Shown in pieces: positions 1-12,800 of a DNA stretch of 64,000 nt. The stretch covers positions 1,566,317-1,630,316 of the forward strand of contig NC_058136.1 of assembly GCF_016433145.1 (NCBI RefSeq), given 5' to 3'. How positions within the stretch are numbered: position 1 is the first letter of the stretch; every line of letters begins with the position of its first letter. Below the pieces are notes generated by a model. It saw nothing but the letters and a program-made list of their open reading frames with translations, did no database searches and had not been told where the DNA came from. The position numbers and the translations under genes were made by a program. This DNA is from Gracilinanus agilis. Lineage: Eukaryota.

Positions 1-105
1 ATTGTTGGATGTCCTTAGACAGTATCTTGGTGAATTCAGAGAAGGGAGAAGCACAGCCTGCATGAAGGACCAGATGACTTGATAATAACTTCTTCCAGTT
101 CTAAG

Positions 106-109
<4 letters not shown>

Positions 110-153
<44 letters not shown>
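110..153. repeat. (GATA)n microsatellite running into the assembly gap
   Basis: Perfect agat repeats directly before the N run. Confidence 0.95.
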
Positions 154-653
154 NNNNNNNNNNNNNNNNNNNNNNNNNNNNNNNNNNNNNNNNNNNNNNN
201 NNNNNNNNNNNNNNNNNNNNNNNNNNNNNNNNNNNNNNNNNNNNNNNNNNNNNNNNNNNNNNNNNNNNNNNNNNNNNNNNNNNNNNNNNNNNNNNNNNNN
301 NNNNNNNNNNNNNNNNNNNNNNNNNNNNNNNNNNNNNNNNNNNNNNNNNNNNNNNNNNNNNNNNNNNNNNNNNNNNNNNNNNNNNNNNNNNNNNNNNNNN
401 NNNNNNNNNNNNNNNNNNNNNNNNNNNNNNNNNNNNNNNNNNNNNNNNNNNNNNNNNNNNNNNNNNNNNNNNNNNNNNNNNNNNNNNNNNNNNNNNNNNN
501 NNNNNNNNNNNNNNNNNNNNNNNNNNNNNNNNNNNNNNNNNNNNNNNNNNNNNNNNNNNNNNNNNNNNNNNNNNNNNNNNNNNNNNNNNNNNNNNNNNNN
601 NNNNNNNNNNNNNNNNNNNNNNNNNNNNNNNNNNNNNNNNNNNNNNNNNNNNN
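154..653. other. Scaffold gap, exactly 500 N
   Basis: N run of exactly 500, the same size as the other two gaps, so a fixed-size placeholder. Confidence 0.99.
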
Positions 654-779
654 CATGTACTGAACTTTAAGGATGGTTTATTCCCTACAGCAGCAACTGA
701 TTCATTTCCATTTTATGACATAACCCTAAATTATGGGTAGCCAGCTCTGGCTGGTTCTTTTAATCAGAGGCCCTATCCT

Positions 780-1500
780 TAGCTTCCTTCTCTCTCTTAT
801 TTCCCTTGGTGAAATCATCTACTTCCATGGTTGAAAGGGTTGGTTCTATGTAGATGACTCACAAATATATCTATATCTTTAACTCTACTATCATCCATAT
901 CTATGTACATAAACAACTTTATATCTTCCAGATCTCTTTTTGGCTCCAGTGACACTGCCTATTGTCCATAACCACTTGCATGTTGCAGTAATACCTAAAA
1001 CTCAATTTGACCAAAATAGAAATCATTAGATCTTCCTAACTGCTTTATTTTTGTTGATAGTTGTCACCATTCTCCAAGTTGCCTAGGCCTTAAAGTGTAG
1101 GATAACTTTTTACTTTTCTGCTTCACCTCCATATCCAATCAGTTGTAAAGTCTGGTCAATTCTATGTCTACAATTTCATATCTGTCATGTCCTCACTATT
1201 CACATCATCAGTACCAGATGAGAGGATGGACATCTCTGCCTATTTTTTTTTAAAAAGCTTTTTCTTGGATTTCTTGCTTCTGATCTCTCTGCTAACTGAT
1301 CCTTCACATAAATGCCAAGATAATCTTTTTAATATCTGACAATGCCACTCCTTTCTCAAAAACATTCAATTGCTCCATATTGCTAGTAAGGGAAAACATG
1401 AACTATTAAGCTTGACATTTAGGGTAATCTATATTACAATATAGTGCCAACTTATTTTTTTTTGCCTTATTTCACACTAGTCCCTCCCCTGAGTTTGACA
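780..1500 (+). mobile_element. Degenerate L2 LINE fragment
   Basis: L2-like motifs (aaatcatctacttccatgg...ctatgtagatgactcacaaatatat; gccaagataatctttttaa; ctcaaaaacattcaattgctcc). Boundaries approximate. Confidence 0.6.
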
Positions 1501-1809
1501 TTCAGGTAAACTGATCTAGAGTTCCTGTTCCTGGATCTTATCCTACATTCTTTCTTTTTCATGAATTCACAAAAGTTACCTGACCTCTCCTGGTCTCCCA
1601 CTTTCTCCTCTATCTCTGGAATGAACTTTTATCTTTACCTGTAGAAAACTCCTTCTTCAGTGACATTTGAAGAAGGCATTTCTTCTATAAAGCCTTTCCC
1701 ATCCAACCCCACCACTGTCCCAAGTGAAAGTAATTTCCTCAAATTTTATCAAAGCACTTGGTCTAGAATTTTCATTTGCCCTTTTATTATATTCTATTGC
1801 GTATTATTT

Positions 1810-2058
1810 TGTTGTTGTTTAGCCTTTTTGGTTGTCTCTGACTCTTTGTGACGCCATTTGGGGTTTTCTTGGCAAAAACAAACCTGGAATAGTTTGCCAT
1901 TTCCTTCTACAGCTCTTTTACAGAAAAGGAAACTGAAGCAAACAGGGATAAGTGACTTGCCCAACGTCACATAGCTGGTAAATGTCTAGGACTGGATTTG
2001 AACTCAGGTCTTCTAGACTCCAGGCCTGCACTTTATCAACTGCTCTACCTAGCTGCCC
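1810..2058 (-). mobile_element. MAR1-type marsupial core-SINE
   Basis: Reverse complement gives gggcagctaggtag head, core gggcaagtcactt, and tail aaggaaatggcaaac...aagaaaacccc...aacaacaa. Confidence 0.85.
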
Positions 2059-3147
2059 ATTGTGCATATATCATACTACTCCCACCTTAAATTATAAACT
2101 CCTTGAGGTCAGTATATATAATAATTTTTCATCTTTGCATACCTAGTATTTATTACTGTCTTGATTAATATAACTAAGTAGGTGCTTAAATTAATTTTTA
2201 CTAAAATAGAAAATAGTGTGTAGAGCCCTGGCACAGTTTCCTTTTGAGCTGCTACCCAGGTTTTGTCAATATATATCATCAAATTTTTCTGTATCAGTAA
2301 TGGCCAAAAGACCCTCAAAGGTAGGTACGCATTTCCCTACAAACAAGGGAAAAATATACCTTCCTTATGTAAATATTACAATATGAAAGAAATTCTGATC
2401 CTAAGCCTGGTTACTAAATGATCTCTTTACACAGAAGGTATTTCCTGCTAAAAGGGTCTGCCTTTATCTAATCAAATTACTCTCACCATTCAGTTTCATC
2501 ATACTCCTCTAAAGACAATACAAATTAGAATCAGCTCTTAATTACTATCTCATCCTTCCCCTTAACATAGGGGCAAAGATAATCCAACAAAGTAGGTAAT
2601 CCAAACATCATTTCTATTTTTATTTCAAAGGCATCTAGTTTATCTTTATAATTAGGAAGCTAAATTAATTGTATTTTGCTAAGGCTTAAGATTAAAATTC
2701 GTTTGAATTCCTTGTGTATAAATTACACACTAAACAAATAATAAAGGATTACCTAAACGCTAACAAATGGCAAGGGGCAGCAGAATTGTGGCAAGTGTGG
2801 AGCTAAAAATTAAATATAGTCATTTCACAGAATGGGCGTCCTGATATGTATATAGAACTGAGTGTTGACTGCACTTAGAATTATGATGATCTGGAAAATG
2901 TTCCAAACTGTAATCTAGAAGTTAAGTCCAATTTTAATTGGGGAGAAAGGCAGGGCTGCTCAGATCCCAGTAAAACGTAAACTCCTTTTTAAGAGAAGGG
3001 ATGATTTCACTTTTGGCTCTGTATCCTCAGAACAATGCTTTATATTTGTTACAAATAATATATTTTATTAATCAATATTTATAATGGACATATATTAATT
3101 TTATAAATTACTTTTGTTTATTGAATTGTATTTCAAAAAGTTTGCCA

Positions 3148-3346
3148 GCGGGCGGCTGGGTAGCTCAATGGATTGAGAGTCAGCCCTAGAGATGGGAGGT
3201 CCTAGGTTTAAATCTGGTCTCAGACACTTCCCAGCTGTTTGACCCTCGGCAAGTCACTTGACCCCCATTGCCCACCCTTACCACTCTTCTACCTAGGAGC
3301 CAATACACAGAAGTTAAGGGTTTAAAAAAATGTAAAAAAAAAAAAA
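3148..3346 (+). mobile_element. Young SINE1_Mdo-like SINE, short-tail variant
   Basis: tRNA-like head (gctgggtagctcaatggattgagag...ggtttaaatc), tail gccaatacacagaagttaagggttt-polyA, TSD aaaaagtttgcca / aaaaagtctgcca. Confidence 0.93.
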
Positions 3347-3507
3347 GTCTGCCAGGTCATTCTGCAACCTAGGGGATCTATGTAAGGAAATGTATTTAAT
3401 ACATTCAATAAATATTCACTGAATTGAATTGATCAAAATGACCTAAGAAGGAAGTTTGAACTTATCCCCCAAAATCATTGGATTTAATGAAGGATGACGC
3501 CTTAAAG

Positions 3508-3953
3508 CAGTGATGGGAACCTATGACACGGGTTGCCAAAGATGGCATGCAGAACTCTCTCTGTGGGCACTTGGCCGCCCTCCCTCTGAGCTCGTTACTA
3601 GAAAAGCAGAGGGACTTGGGCTTGGCTGCTCCAACTCCCCTCTCTGCTGTGCCTGATGACATTTTTTTCATATCACCCATCCCTCTGCCCAGCAGCCCAA
3701 TGGGAGTACCCAAGGGGTAAGGTGGGGAGCTGGTGGCAGAATTGGAGGGGAGCAGAGCGCTGGGGCCACTCCCCTCCCCCTCTCTACACTTGCTGAGGTC
3801 ATTTTTCACTTCACTTGTCCCTCTACCCAGCAGCCCAATGGGAGCATTTCCTCCCTCCCTTGTGTGGGATAAGGGGGCAGCATGACACTCAGTCTGAGGG
3901 GTGAGGTAGAAGCAGGACCTGGAACTCCATCTCTAAAAGGCTTGCCATCACTA
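3508..3953. mobile_element. Non-autonomous hAT (Charlie/OposCharlie1-like) DNA transposon, 446 bp
   Basis: Left end cagtgatgggaacct and right end aggcttgccatcacta are inverted repeats. The flanking 8-mers ccttaaag / ccttagag match 7/8, and an 8-bp TSD is diagnostic of hAT. Internal repeat ccctct(g/a)cccagcagcccaatgggag at 3681 and 3819. Confidence 0.85.
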
Positions 3954-5025
3954 CCTTAGAGGATGGCTAACTGAACTTTCCCCTTTCTCCCCCTGCCATT
4001 TGACAGATGAGAAAACTCATGTCTTAAGAGTAGGGAGTTAAGGGTCTCACCCAAAGTCTCAAAGAGCCAGGATCCAAACCCAGGTATTCTTAGCTCCAAA
4101 TAAATTAGTGCCCTTTCCATGACACAAAGTTGATCTGAACTTTGTATTCCAGAAACTGAAAAGACCTCTCTCCAAGCAGATAGGCAATATTTACTTGTCT
4201 TGGTTGTGATACTATTTGGGTGGGTGGGTAGAAGGTGCCATATCAGAATGAGAAGTTTATCTGTTTTGTTTTTAAAAGCAAAAGAATTCTGAATTATAGG
4301 ACATTATTATGGCTCAAGGTGAACTTGGTAAGTGAACTGAACAATAAATTGGTGACACAAATTTTGAGACCTTGAATTCATATTTATATAATTTATGATA
4401 ATTTATGGTGGGAATAATGAAGCAAAAAGATACTTCCTAAATTTGCAGTAAGCCACAGGCAATCTTTAGCAACACAGACTGAAACTTTTATATCTTTTGG
4501 TTTGAAAAGATATGTATTCATGAATAGACTTGGCTACCAGTGACTTAGCAAAGAACCTCACATTCAGGCTTACTACAAGACAACTGATCAAGCCGGCTGT
4601 TAATTTAGACCAGCAGTGATTTAACAAAACAGGTCTCAGAGATGGTGTTACTGTTTAGCAGCAATTTTTTCTTTCTGGCTTGGCTGACCTATTGAATAGG
4701 CTACCTGATATAGTAGATATAAAAATTTATTTCAGATTATGGGCAAAATAATCTAAACACAGTAACAAGTATACGTTTATCTAACAACATTACTATCAAT
4801 GAGGGATAGGCATAGAGGCAGGATCTATGATTTTCATTGTTAGAGAGAACTCTCAAGTAAGGAAAACTCCCTATATTCTAACAAATGATATTGGCTAATG
4901 TTGGCTAATTTTTCTCTTAAGAGAAAAAGAGAGAAGTTTCGGACACCATAAATCCTGCTAATCCTTATTATTTCTATTTCCTATTTTAGAATTCCTAAAT
5001 CCTATGATAACAAAATAACCCTATT

Positions 5026-5187
5026 TTCTTAATAGGAGTATCTTAAAAAATATATTTCGCCAGTAACACTCAATAAAGAAAACACCACATTATAAAGAAA
5101 TGACCCCAGGGCAGTACAACAATTCAGAAGGGGAATCTATTATAATGGATATAGCATCTTGGGTTCAAATCCCAATTTTGCTTCCTG
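5026..5187 (+). repeat. Copy 1 of a diverged ~160-bp direct duplication
   Basis: Aligns by eye with 6944-7103 (ccagtaacactcaa.aaagaaaa.accacat.ataaagaaatgacc.cagggcagt...ggatatagcatcttgggttcaaatccca). Confidence 0.9.
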
Positions 5188-6943
5188 TATGATCTCTGGC
5201 AAGTCAACTAACTTCTTCATCTTGATTTCCTCATCTGTAAAAGGAGATATTGTAAATTCTCATACTACTTACCTCAAGGTTTGTTGTGAGGCTCAAATGA
5301 GAGTAATTTATAAGTTCTGAAGTTGTATACTAAATAATTATAAAGTTAAATAATAAAGGGCCACATAAATATAAGCTATCTTTTCTCTTATCACAACAAA
5401 AACTTCTCATTTTCCATAGTGATGGTCTTGTGTCTTTGATCTTTTAAAAACTTGCTATCAATGTAGGTTTCCAGCCAAGCAAGTCCTTGAAGTTCAGGGG
5501 CCTGTATAATCACATCACTGCTTCCTAGATCACTTCATCAATGTTTAATATTTTACTGCAAACATCCAAGTAAATATTTATACAGCTCCTAAAAAAGGAT
5601 GAAGCCAGTTCAAAGAAAAAATGAGAGCTAGGGCAATTATTCTGCACCTAGAAAAAGGACAAAGCCTTACTGTTCAGCTTAAATAACAATAAATCAAAGA
5701 AGAGGGGAGAAAGAGTTTAAACCAATCTAGTTTGAAATGTCTCTGTGGGCACAAGAAAATTAAAGGGAATTTAAGCCCAAGAAAATTAAATTCTTTTATT
5801 CTTAAAAAAAGAAAAAAAACCACTTCACAAAGGATGCTTTTCAAGATAAACTGAGAATGGTATGTTTAGTGGGAAGTGAGGGCATATAGGTTGAGTTGCC
5901 TGTGATCTATTTCTCTGGGGATATTACATACTAAAATATAAGACAAATAGTCAAATAGCTATATTTCCTCCACGATACTTTGAATTTTATAAAGCAAAGC
6001 TAAGAGATGCCTCAACTTAAACTTCCTCTTTGTGTTCTAGGAAGTGTACATTCTCAGACCATATATGTGTAAGACAGCATAAGAGATGAGCCTGGCTCCT
6101 GAGGACAGGATCAAACAGAAAGTAATCTTGTTGTTACAGGACAGTTAACAGGAGACATAGAGGCAGACAGAAGGTGAGGTCTGGAACAAAAGACGCAAGC
6201 TGCCTTACTTTTGCCTTAGCAGAAACAATGAGATGAATTTATAGAAAAGACATTACAGAATCAAAACCATAGTAGACAGGTACCACTGTTGGCAAGAAAT
6301 GAAATATAAAAGGCTAATTAACACCAGAGTATCATGTTTCAAAAGACTTAGAGCTTAAGAACTTTGAAAAGAAAAAAGAAGAAATGGATAAAACAATCTG
6401 ACAAGGAAAATACTCAAGATTAATAGAAATCTAAGGTTTTTCTGTCATTCTATTACTGGACAGGAGTCAGAAACAACCCTAATGAAAAATAAAAAAAAAT
6501 AAAAAGCTCAGGGACAACCACATGGTATATTATAGCCTGCTATTATCACCAGATCCTGCTGCACCCTGCCTGGATGCCTGCCCTAAAGTGTCAGGTATCT
6601 GTTAGGTTCACAGGTAACAATAACATCCAACGCTTCTCATTAACACAGCCAGCAGCTGGTCTGAAGAAGGAGCCAATTACATTTTTATCTCCCAGTGAGA
6701 GATGATAAAAAAAATAAGTTGCTAGAGTTTTGATCATGAGAGCCTTGCCACAGCTCCCAATTGTTTCTTGGATAAAATAAAATGCATCCATGATCCTAAG
6801 CTTTTTGACTCTCTATCCTACTTTCCCAAGTGTCCTCATCTATAGCTAACCCTCAGCCCAGGCAAATCAATCGCTCTGCCCTTGTTTGTGCCCTGTCTTC
6901 TCATCACCAAGCCATCCTTCCTGCCATTCTCCTTTCCTTCTGA

Positions 6944-7103
6944 TTCTTAATAGGGATATTAAAAAAATATTCCACCAGTAACACTCAACAAAGAAAATAC
7001 CACATAATAAAGAAATGACCTCAGGGCAGTGCTACAATACAGAAATGGGAGTCTGTTATAACGGATATAGCATCTTGGGTTCAAATCCCAGTTTAGCTCC
7101 CTG
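6944..7103 (+). repeat. Copy 2 of a diverged ~160-bp direct duplication
   Basis: Aligns with 5026-5187 with scattered substitutions. Confidence 0.9.
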
Positions 7104-7798
7104 ATTACACACCTTCATATTCAACTGCCCACTTTCTCTGTCCTTCTCAGGGCCTCTAAACCTTGTGAGATGAAATCTGGTTTCAGTCTATCCTGCACTA
7201 GAATATCTTATCTATATGATACAATCTGTACCTGTTAAAGAAGTCAGCAAGGCATTTATTTGTTCTGTTTACTCCCTTCTCGACTTTTTAAAGCATCCAA
7301 CAACTTATCCTAACACATCCTTTCCCTTTGCAGACAGGCCTTAAGCAAAAGGGCAAAGTAAAAGAGATCATGTTTGTCATGTGATAACAATTATCAATCC
7401 TGAACTTTCATGTTTAAAATAAAAGTCCCTTAAAAATTTTAGCTATGGCCTTACTTTAAACATTTCAATTTACTAGAAGTATTTGTGGCCATGGGGGCAG
7501 CTGGCATCAAAATGAGAAAGTCTCAGGCTCAAGTTCTGCTTCTGACAGACTTTATTCTTAGGTAACTCCTGTAACTACTCAGTTCCCAAACATTTCTTTA
7601 AGATTCATTCTCTATCTAGGGTCTGAGGAGAGATTTCAAATAGTCTGTGAACCTGAATCTTTTATTTTGATAATCATATTTCAATATAATTTCTTTCCTT
7701 CATGAGGTATATATTATATTTTATGCTTTTAAAAACACTGTTCCAAGAGAGGATCTATGGGCTTCACTAGACTGCTATGATATAAAAATGGTAAAAGC

Positions 7799-7999
7799 GG
7801 GGGGCAGCTGGGTAGCTCAGTGGATTGAGAGCCAGGCCTAGAGAAGGGAGGTCCTAGGTTCAAATCTGACCTCAGACACTTCCTAGCTGTGTGACCCTGG
7901 GCAAGTCACTTGACCTCCATTGCCTACCCTTACCACTCTTCCACCAAGGAACTAATACACAGAAGTTAAGGGTTTAAAAATATATAAAAAAAATAAAAT
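7799..7999 (+). mobile_element. Young SINE1_Mdo-like SINE, short-tail variant
   Basis: Full head-core-tail structure; TSD aaaaatggtaaaag on both sides. Confidence 0.95.
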
Positions 8000-9651
8000 A
8001 AAAATGGTAAAAGTCCTGTTCTAAGACATTATAAAGCAGATGCCAAACTGCATTAGTTGAAAGAATTTCCTCATCAGTTTTCCAGTACTAATGAAATCAA
8101 AGGTTAGGTCTAAAATATGGAGTTTAATCCAAGCACAATGTAATCCTTTGTACATATGGCTCCTCTTCCTGCTCTCGCCAATGTCTCTTTTTCTTCTGAC
8201 TAGGAGAACTAGGAGAAAAAGAGAGATTCCAAAGAGACATCTTGGTGGTGCTATAGTCATATCTGTCCTACAGAGACATTTCTGTCATTAGATACATTTT
8301 CTCTTTTGTTTCAGTTACATTTCAAGAGTGAACTTCTTCTTCAAGGCTGGCTGGCACTACTGGACATTCCTTGGGTGTGGCATTCACTCTTCTATTTTTT
8401 GTCAACTGCCCTAAAAAACCTACCAAAGTGACTGTTTCCTTTCTTTTTAAAAATCTGGGAGAAAATTGAGGGTGGGGGGAATGCAGTGAGGAGAAGAAAA
8501 ACCTGTTTAACCTCTTTCTCTGTGACCTGCTTGGTGCTACTCTTCTACTTTTCAAGAAATCATTTTGTCACTTACCCTTCAGCTGATCAATAAAAATTCC
8601 TTGAAAGAGGAGTTGTCTATATATACACTACTCACATCCAATCACTTCTCCATCTCAAGCAATAATGCTTGTCTCCTACCTCACCATTTAACTTTGAAAC
8701 TGCTTTCTCCAAGATCAACCCCCCAGTTCCTCCTAATTGTCAAATCCAACAGTCTCTTCTCAGTCCTCATTCCCAAGGCAGGGTGTTATTATAATGGAAA
8801 GAGTATGCATGACATTTGGGGGAAGAAGATCTGGGCTCAAATTCAAGGAAGAAATGGAAGATCAGAGGGCTAGAGGATAAAAAGGATACAAAAATACTTC
8901 CTGTCTTCAAAAGCTGTACATTCTAATGGGTGTATATAGAATAATAACATAAATAATAATGGCAACTCATTTATATAGCTCCTCAAGGCTTACAAAGGGT
9001 GCTCTTATTATCCCATTTACAGATAAGAAAATTGAGGCTTGAGGGTTGAAATGACTTGGTCAACTGCTGAGTGTCAGATTCAGAATCTGAACTGAATTGA
9101 AAGTCTTTCTGATTCTTGGTCTAGTGGAATCCTGTTTTCTGTTGCCTCTAATGGGAGTAGTAGATGATCAATGCCACCCAAATATCAGGTTGACCCTTAA
9201 GAACTTTTAAAAAAATTCTTCACTCTCCAAATATTTCCAGTTATAGGAATGGAAATGTTCCAGATATACAAACAAGAAACTCCCAAGAGCTCTACTGATC
9301 AACATTGTTGTTTCATTCCACAGGCTGGATAACTGCTCTGTATCTCTTTCCAAAGCATACACGGCATTGCCAAAAACAGACCAACACCTACATCTATTTG
9401 TGGAACACAGTAGGCAGAAAGACACAGTTTTTAAAATATAAGGTCTTGCCTAACAGCACCACCAAACTGTCTTCTCTCTTCAAATGCTCTCTGCTTCTAA
9501 CGTGTGCAAGCACAAAGGCTGATTCATTATTGGGTTAGATCTATAACTTAGAATAGCATGACTTTTGATGAGCTCAAGGTAACCTGCTGATTTATTTAGC
9601 AATTATAAATACTAATGCATTTTATGCTATAGTGCTAACAAAAATCATAGA

Positions 9652-9833
9652 GGGGGCAGCTGGATAGTTCAGTGGATTGAGAGCCAGGCCTAGAGACGGG
9701 AGGTCCTAGGTTCAAATCCGGCCTCAGACACTTCCCAGCTGTGTGACCCTGGGCAAGTCACTTGACCCCCATTGCCCACCCTTACCACTCTTCCACCTAT
9801 GAGCCAATACACAGAAGTTAAGGGTTTAAAAAA
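9652..9833 (+). mobile_element. Young SINE1_Mdo-like SINE, short-tail variant
   Basis: Full element; TSD aaaaatcatagag on both sides. Confidence 0.95.
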
Positions 9834-12800
9834 ATCATAGAGATGCAGATTTGTATTTGGAAGAAATGACAGAATGTCAGAATTAGACCTCAGAGATCAC
9901 TTCATCCAACCCTGTCATTTTATAAATAAGGAAACCAAGACCCAAGGATATAAAGTACTTTTGTCCACGGTTCCAGAGGGAGACCAAGTTGAATTATGGT
10001 ACCAGTCAGTCAATCCACAGGCATTTTTTGCATTTTGATTCATTTTTCAATTAGCAGGCCTTTACTTTCCCTCCCTCCCATGCATCATTTAAAAGGAAAA
10101 AAGAAAAATAAAGCTCATGCAACAAAATATACAGTCAAACAAAATTCTCACACTGTCCAAGTCCAAAAATATATGCTTCATTCTACATTTCAAAGCCATA
10201 ACCTCTCTGTCAGGAGATAGGCAGCACTGATCATCAATTTTTGGAGTCATAGTTGGGCATTGCATTCATCAGAGTTTTTAAGTCCTTCAAAGTTGTCTTA
10301 AGTGAAGTGCTTTCAATGTATGAGGCAGCAGGCACTTTGAAAATAATAGTCTGGCTTTCCCTTCAATGAACAAGCATAAATGGCATAGGTTGTGCTCAGT
10401 CTGTTTGGCCACTAATCCTGAATTTGCTTACTCTCAACACCATTAAGAACAGAGGCTCAATCTGTCTATAATCCAAAGAACATGCTTTGGCCTCTAGTAA
10501 CAAGGGAGTATCTATAGGGAAACTCACTAAGTCCTCTGTTACAAGTGCTGTAGCTGTCAGGTCTTTAACCTCAATTCTTTACCTCGAGAATGTATTTCCA
10601 AGATAACATTTCTTCTGGTGGTAGCTGAGACAGCCGTCTAGGCATGGCCCCCTCAGGAGACCTCCCCTGGGACATGCTGTTCTGAGCATACTTTATTGAA
10701 TATTTTATTTTCTGCACAATTTTGTGGTTTTACTGTTCTCCTTTTCAGTTAGTTGATATCAAAATGACTACTCAAGCTGGTAGTCAATGGTGAAAATTCT
10801 AAAATCAGAGGATAAAGATAAGCTAGTTGAGCTCACCTAAATCCTGGGTTGAAGTCCACACATGGTCTTCTACCCCCAAAACAGTTTCTGAAGTCTGAAG
10901 AAACAAAGACAACCATTTTGTCTTCTTTTGTTTCTTTTAAGAATCTAAATAGGATTTGACCTCTTGCTATTCCCAGTTTTTCTATAGTCATAACTATTCT
11001 CTCTTTGTAAACCTAGCAGCTTTATTCAATTTGCATCTTACTAGGAAACCTTATCTCATCTTCATATTTGCTCATTACCATTTGCATTAATAATGTTTCA
11101 AAAAGGAAGCAAGTAGGTACATAGCCAGTTCTCTGCTGATACCTAATATAAGAAACTTACATTACTAGGATCATGTAATATTCAAGATGGAAGAGGCCTT
11201 TGAGAGGTTCCTACTTAGCAGATGGAGAAACTGAGGCCCAGGTAGACTAAATGACATGATCACACACAGCAAGTTAGTGACAGAGCTGAAACTAGAAACC
11301 AGATCTCCTGTCTCATTATTTGCTCTTTATATTACAATGCTGATAGCTAGTAAGAAATTTGTATAATCGTTAGCTTTTCTTATAATTTTAAGCAGAGTAT
11401 TGGTCTACTTGTTCCTGACTAAAGTAAATACCTAGGAATAAAAAGGAATTACTAAGTATATATTCGTCTATTTCTACCAGATTTATTCCATTCCATTTAA
11501 TCAGACTTTTCACTTACTCACAAATGAATTCATTTGAAACTTAAACCCTTTATCTTCCCCATGCAGAGTCACATTTTTAAAAAGTTTTAATGCCATACAT
11601 ATGGAAATTTAAACCACCTCTCTTCCAATTTCTTCCACCTTCCTGCAGACTTCTGCTGAAACAAGGATGATAAAATAAGATACATTCTTATTTGGTTCTT
11701 AATTCAAAAGAACTGCTTCTTCAAAGTGGGTAGTGCTGACCAAGAACAACAGTTTGATTATAAATTGTCTTTGTTGACACTTCAAACTTGGAAAGAGATT
11801 TGTTAGTGAAAAAGGCTATAAGCACTCCTATCCTTTAGAAAGTCTTTTGTGATCTGGCTGTTGGAATGAGCACTTAGGCCCATGACAGAAAATCTTCTTG
11901 CCCTGGCTTAAAAAAATTTGTCACAGCCACAAGGATGTTACATGGGAAGTTATAAAGAGAAACTGGCTTTGGGCAAGCACCAGCCACATGGATGAATGTG
12001 AGATGAGAATCTAATTTGAAGGCCCAAGCTCTGATCTTGGTCCTGATTCAGACTCCAGATTTGGGCAAGTTGTTCCTTAGAAGGCCCCATCTTCATACTA
12101 AGCATCCTTGCAGTTCAATCCTAACGTTCAAGAGGGCTAACAGGACACAAAGCAAGAAAGGCTAAAATAGCTATTCCAAGATGGAGAGGGGTTAAAAACA
12201 TTTTTTCCCTTTGGTCACTTTTTACAAAGAAATTTGTGCTTGAGTATTAGAGGTTTTTAGTTATTTTAATACAGTCCCCTAATATCATAAAAGTAAGATT
12301 TAAACCAAAGGGATAGAACTTAAAAGGTAATTGTTATTGGAGTTATTCATTAAACACATCCCTGAAACTCTAGGCAACTCCCAAAGTGCAAATATTAGCA
12401 CAGTTGCAGATCCCAGGTAACGCCCAAATCTGACCTAAGTGAGAGCTAAAATGGCAATATGCCAGTAACTAACTTGATGTAACTGGTTCACATAGTTAAT
12501 CTCTCTCTTCAAATATCTATGTTGCCAAATGGGATCCAAGGGATCAGAGGGCACTCCATATCATATAGCGAAGTCAGTTGAGGCACATGAAGGCTATTTC
12601 AATGAAGCCATCATAGAGCACTATAGAAACTATAGCTCTCTATACGTCAGAGATAACTAGGACCATCTCTGCCCACAAAATAGATGTAGCTGGAAAGGGG
12701 ATATCCAAGAGAAATTAAAGCATTTAAAACCTTTGTATTATTATAGTGGGGAAAATAGGAGGTGGGGTGCTATTGGAAAAAAGAAGCTGAATCAGCTTTC

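Noticed and set aside
36-656. 206-aa ORF on the minus strand
   Set aside because: Made of the N gap plus the (GATA)n repeat (LSIY repeats).
3148-3230. tRNA-like A/B-box sequences in the SINE heads
   Set aside because: They are SINE-derived and lack a cloverleaf or acceptor stem, so they are not tRNA genes.
3462-3809. Overlapping 115-aa and 65-aa ORFs
   Set aside because: They lie within the GC-rich hAT MITE and show no transposase motifs.
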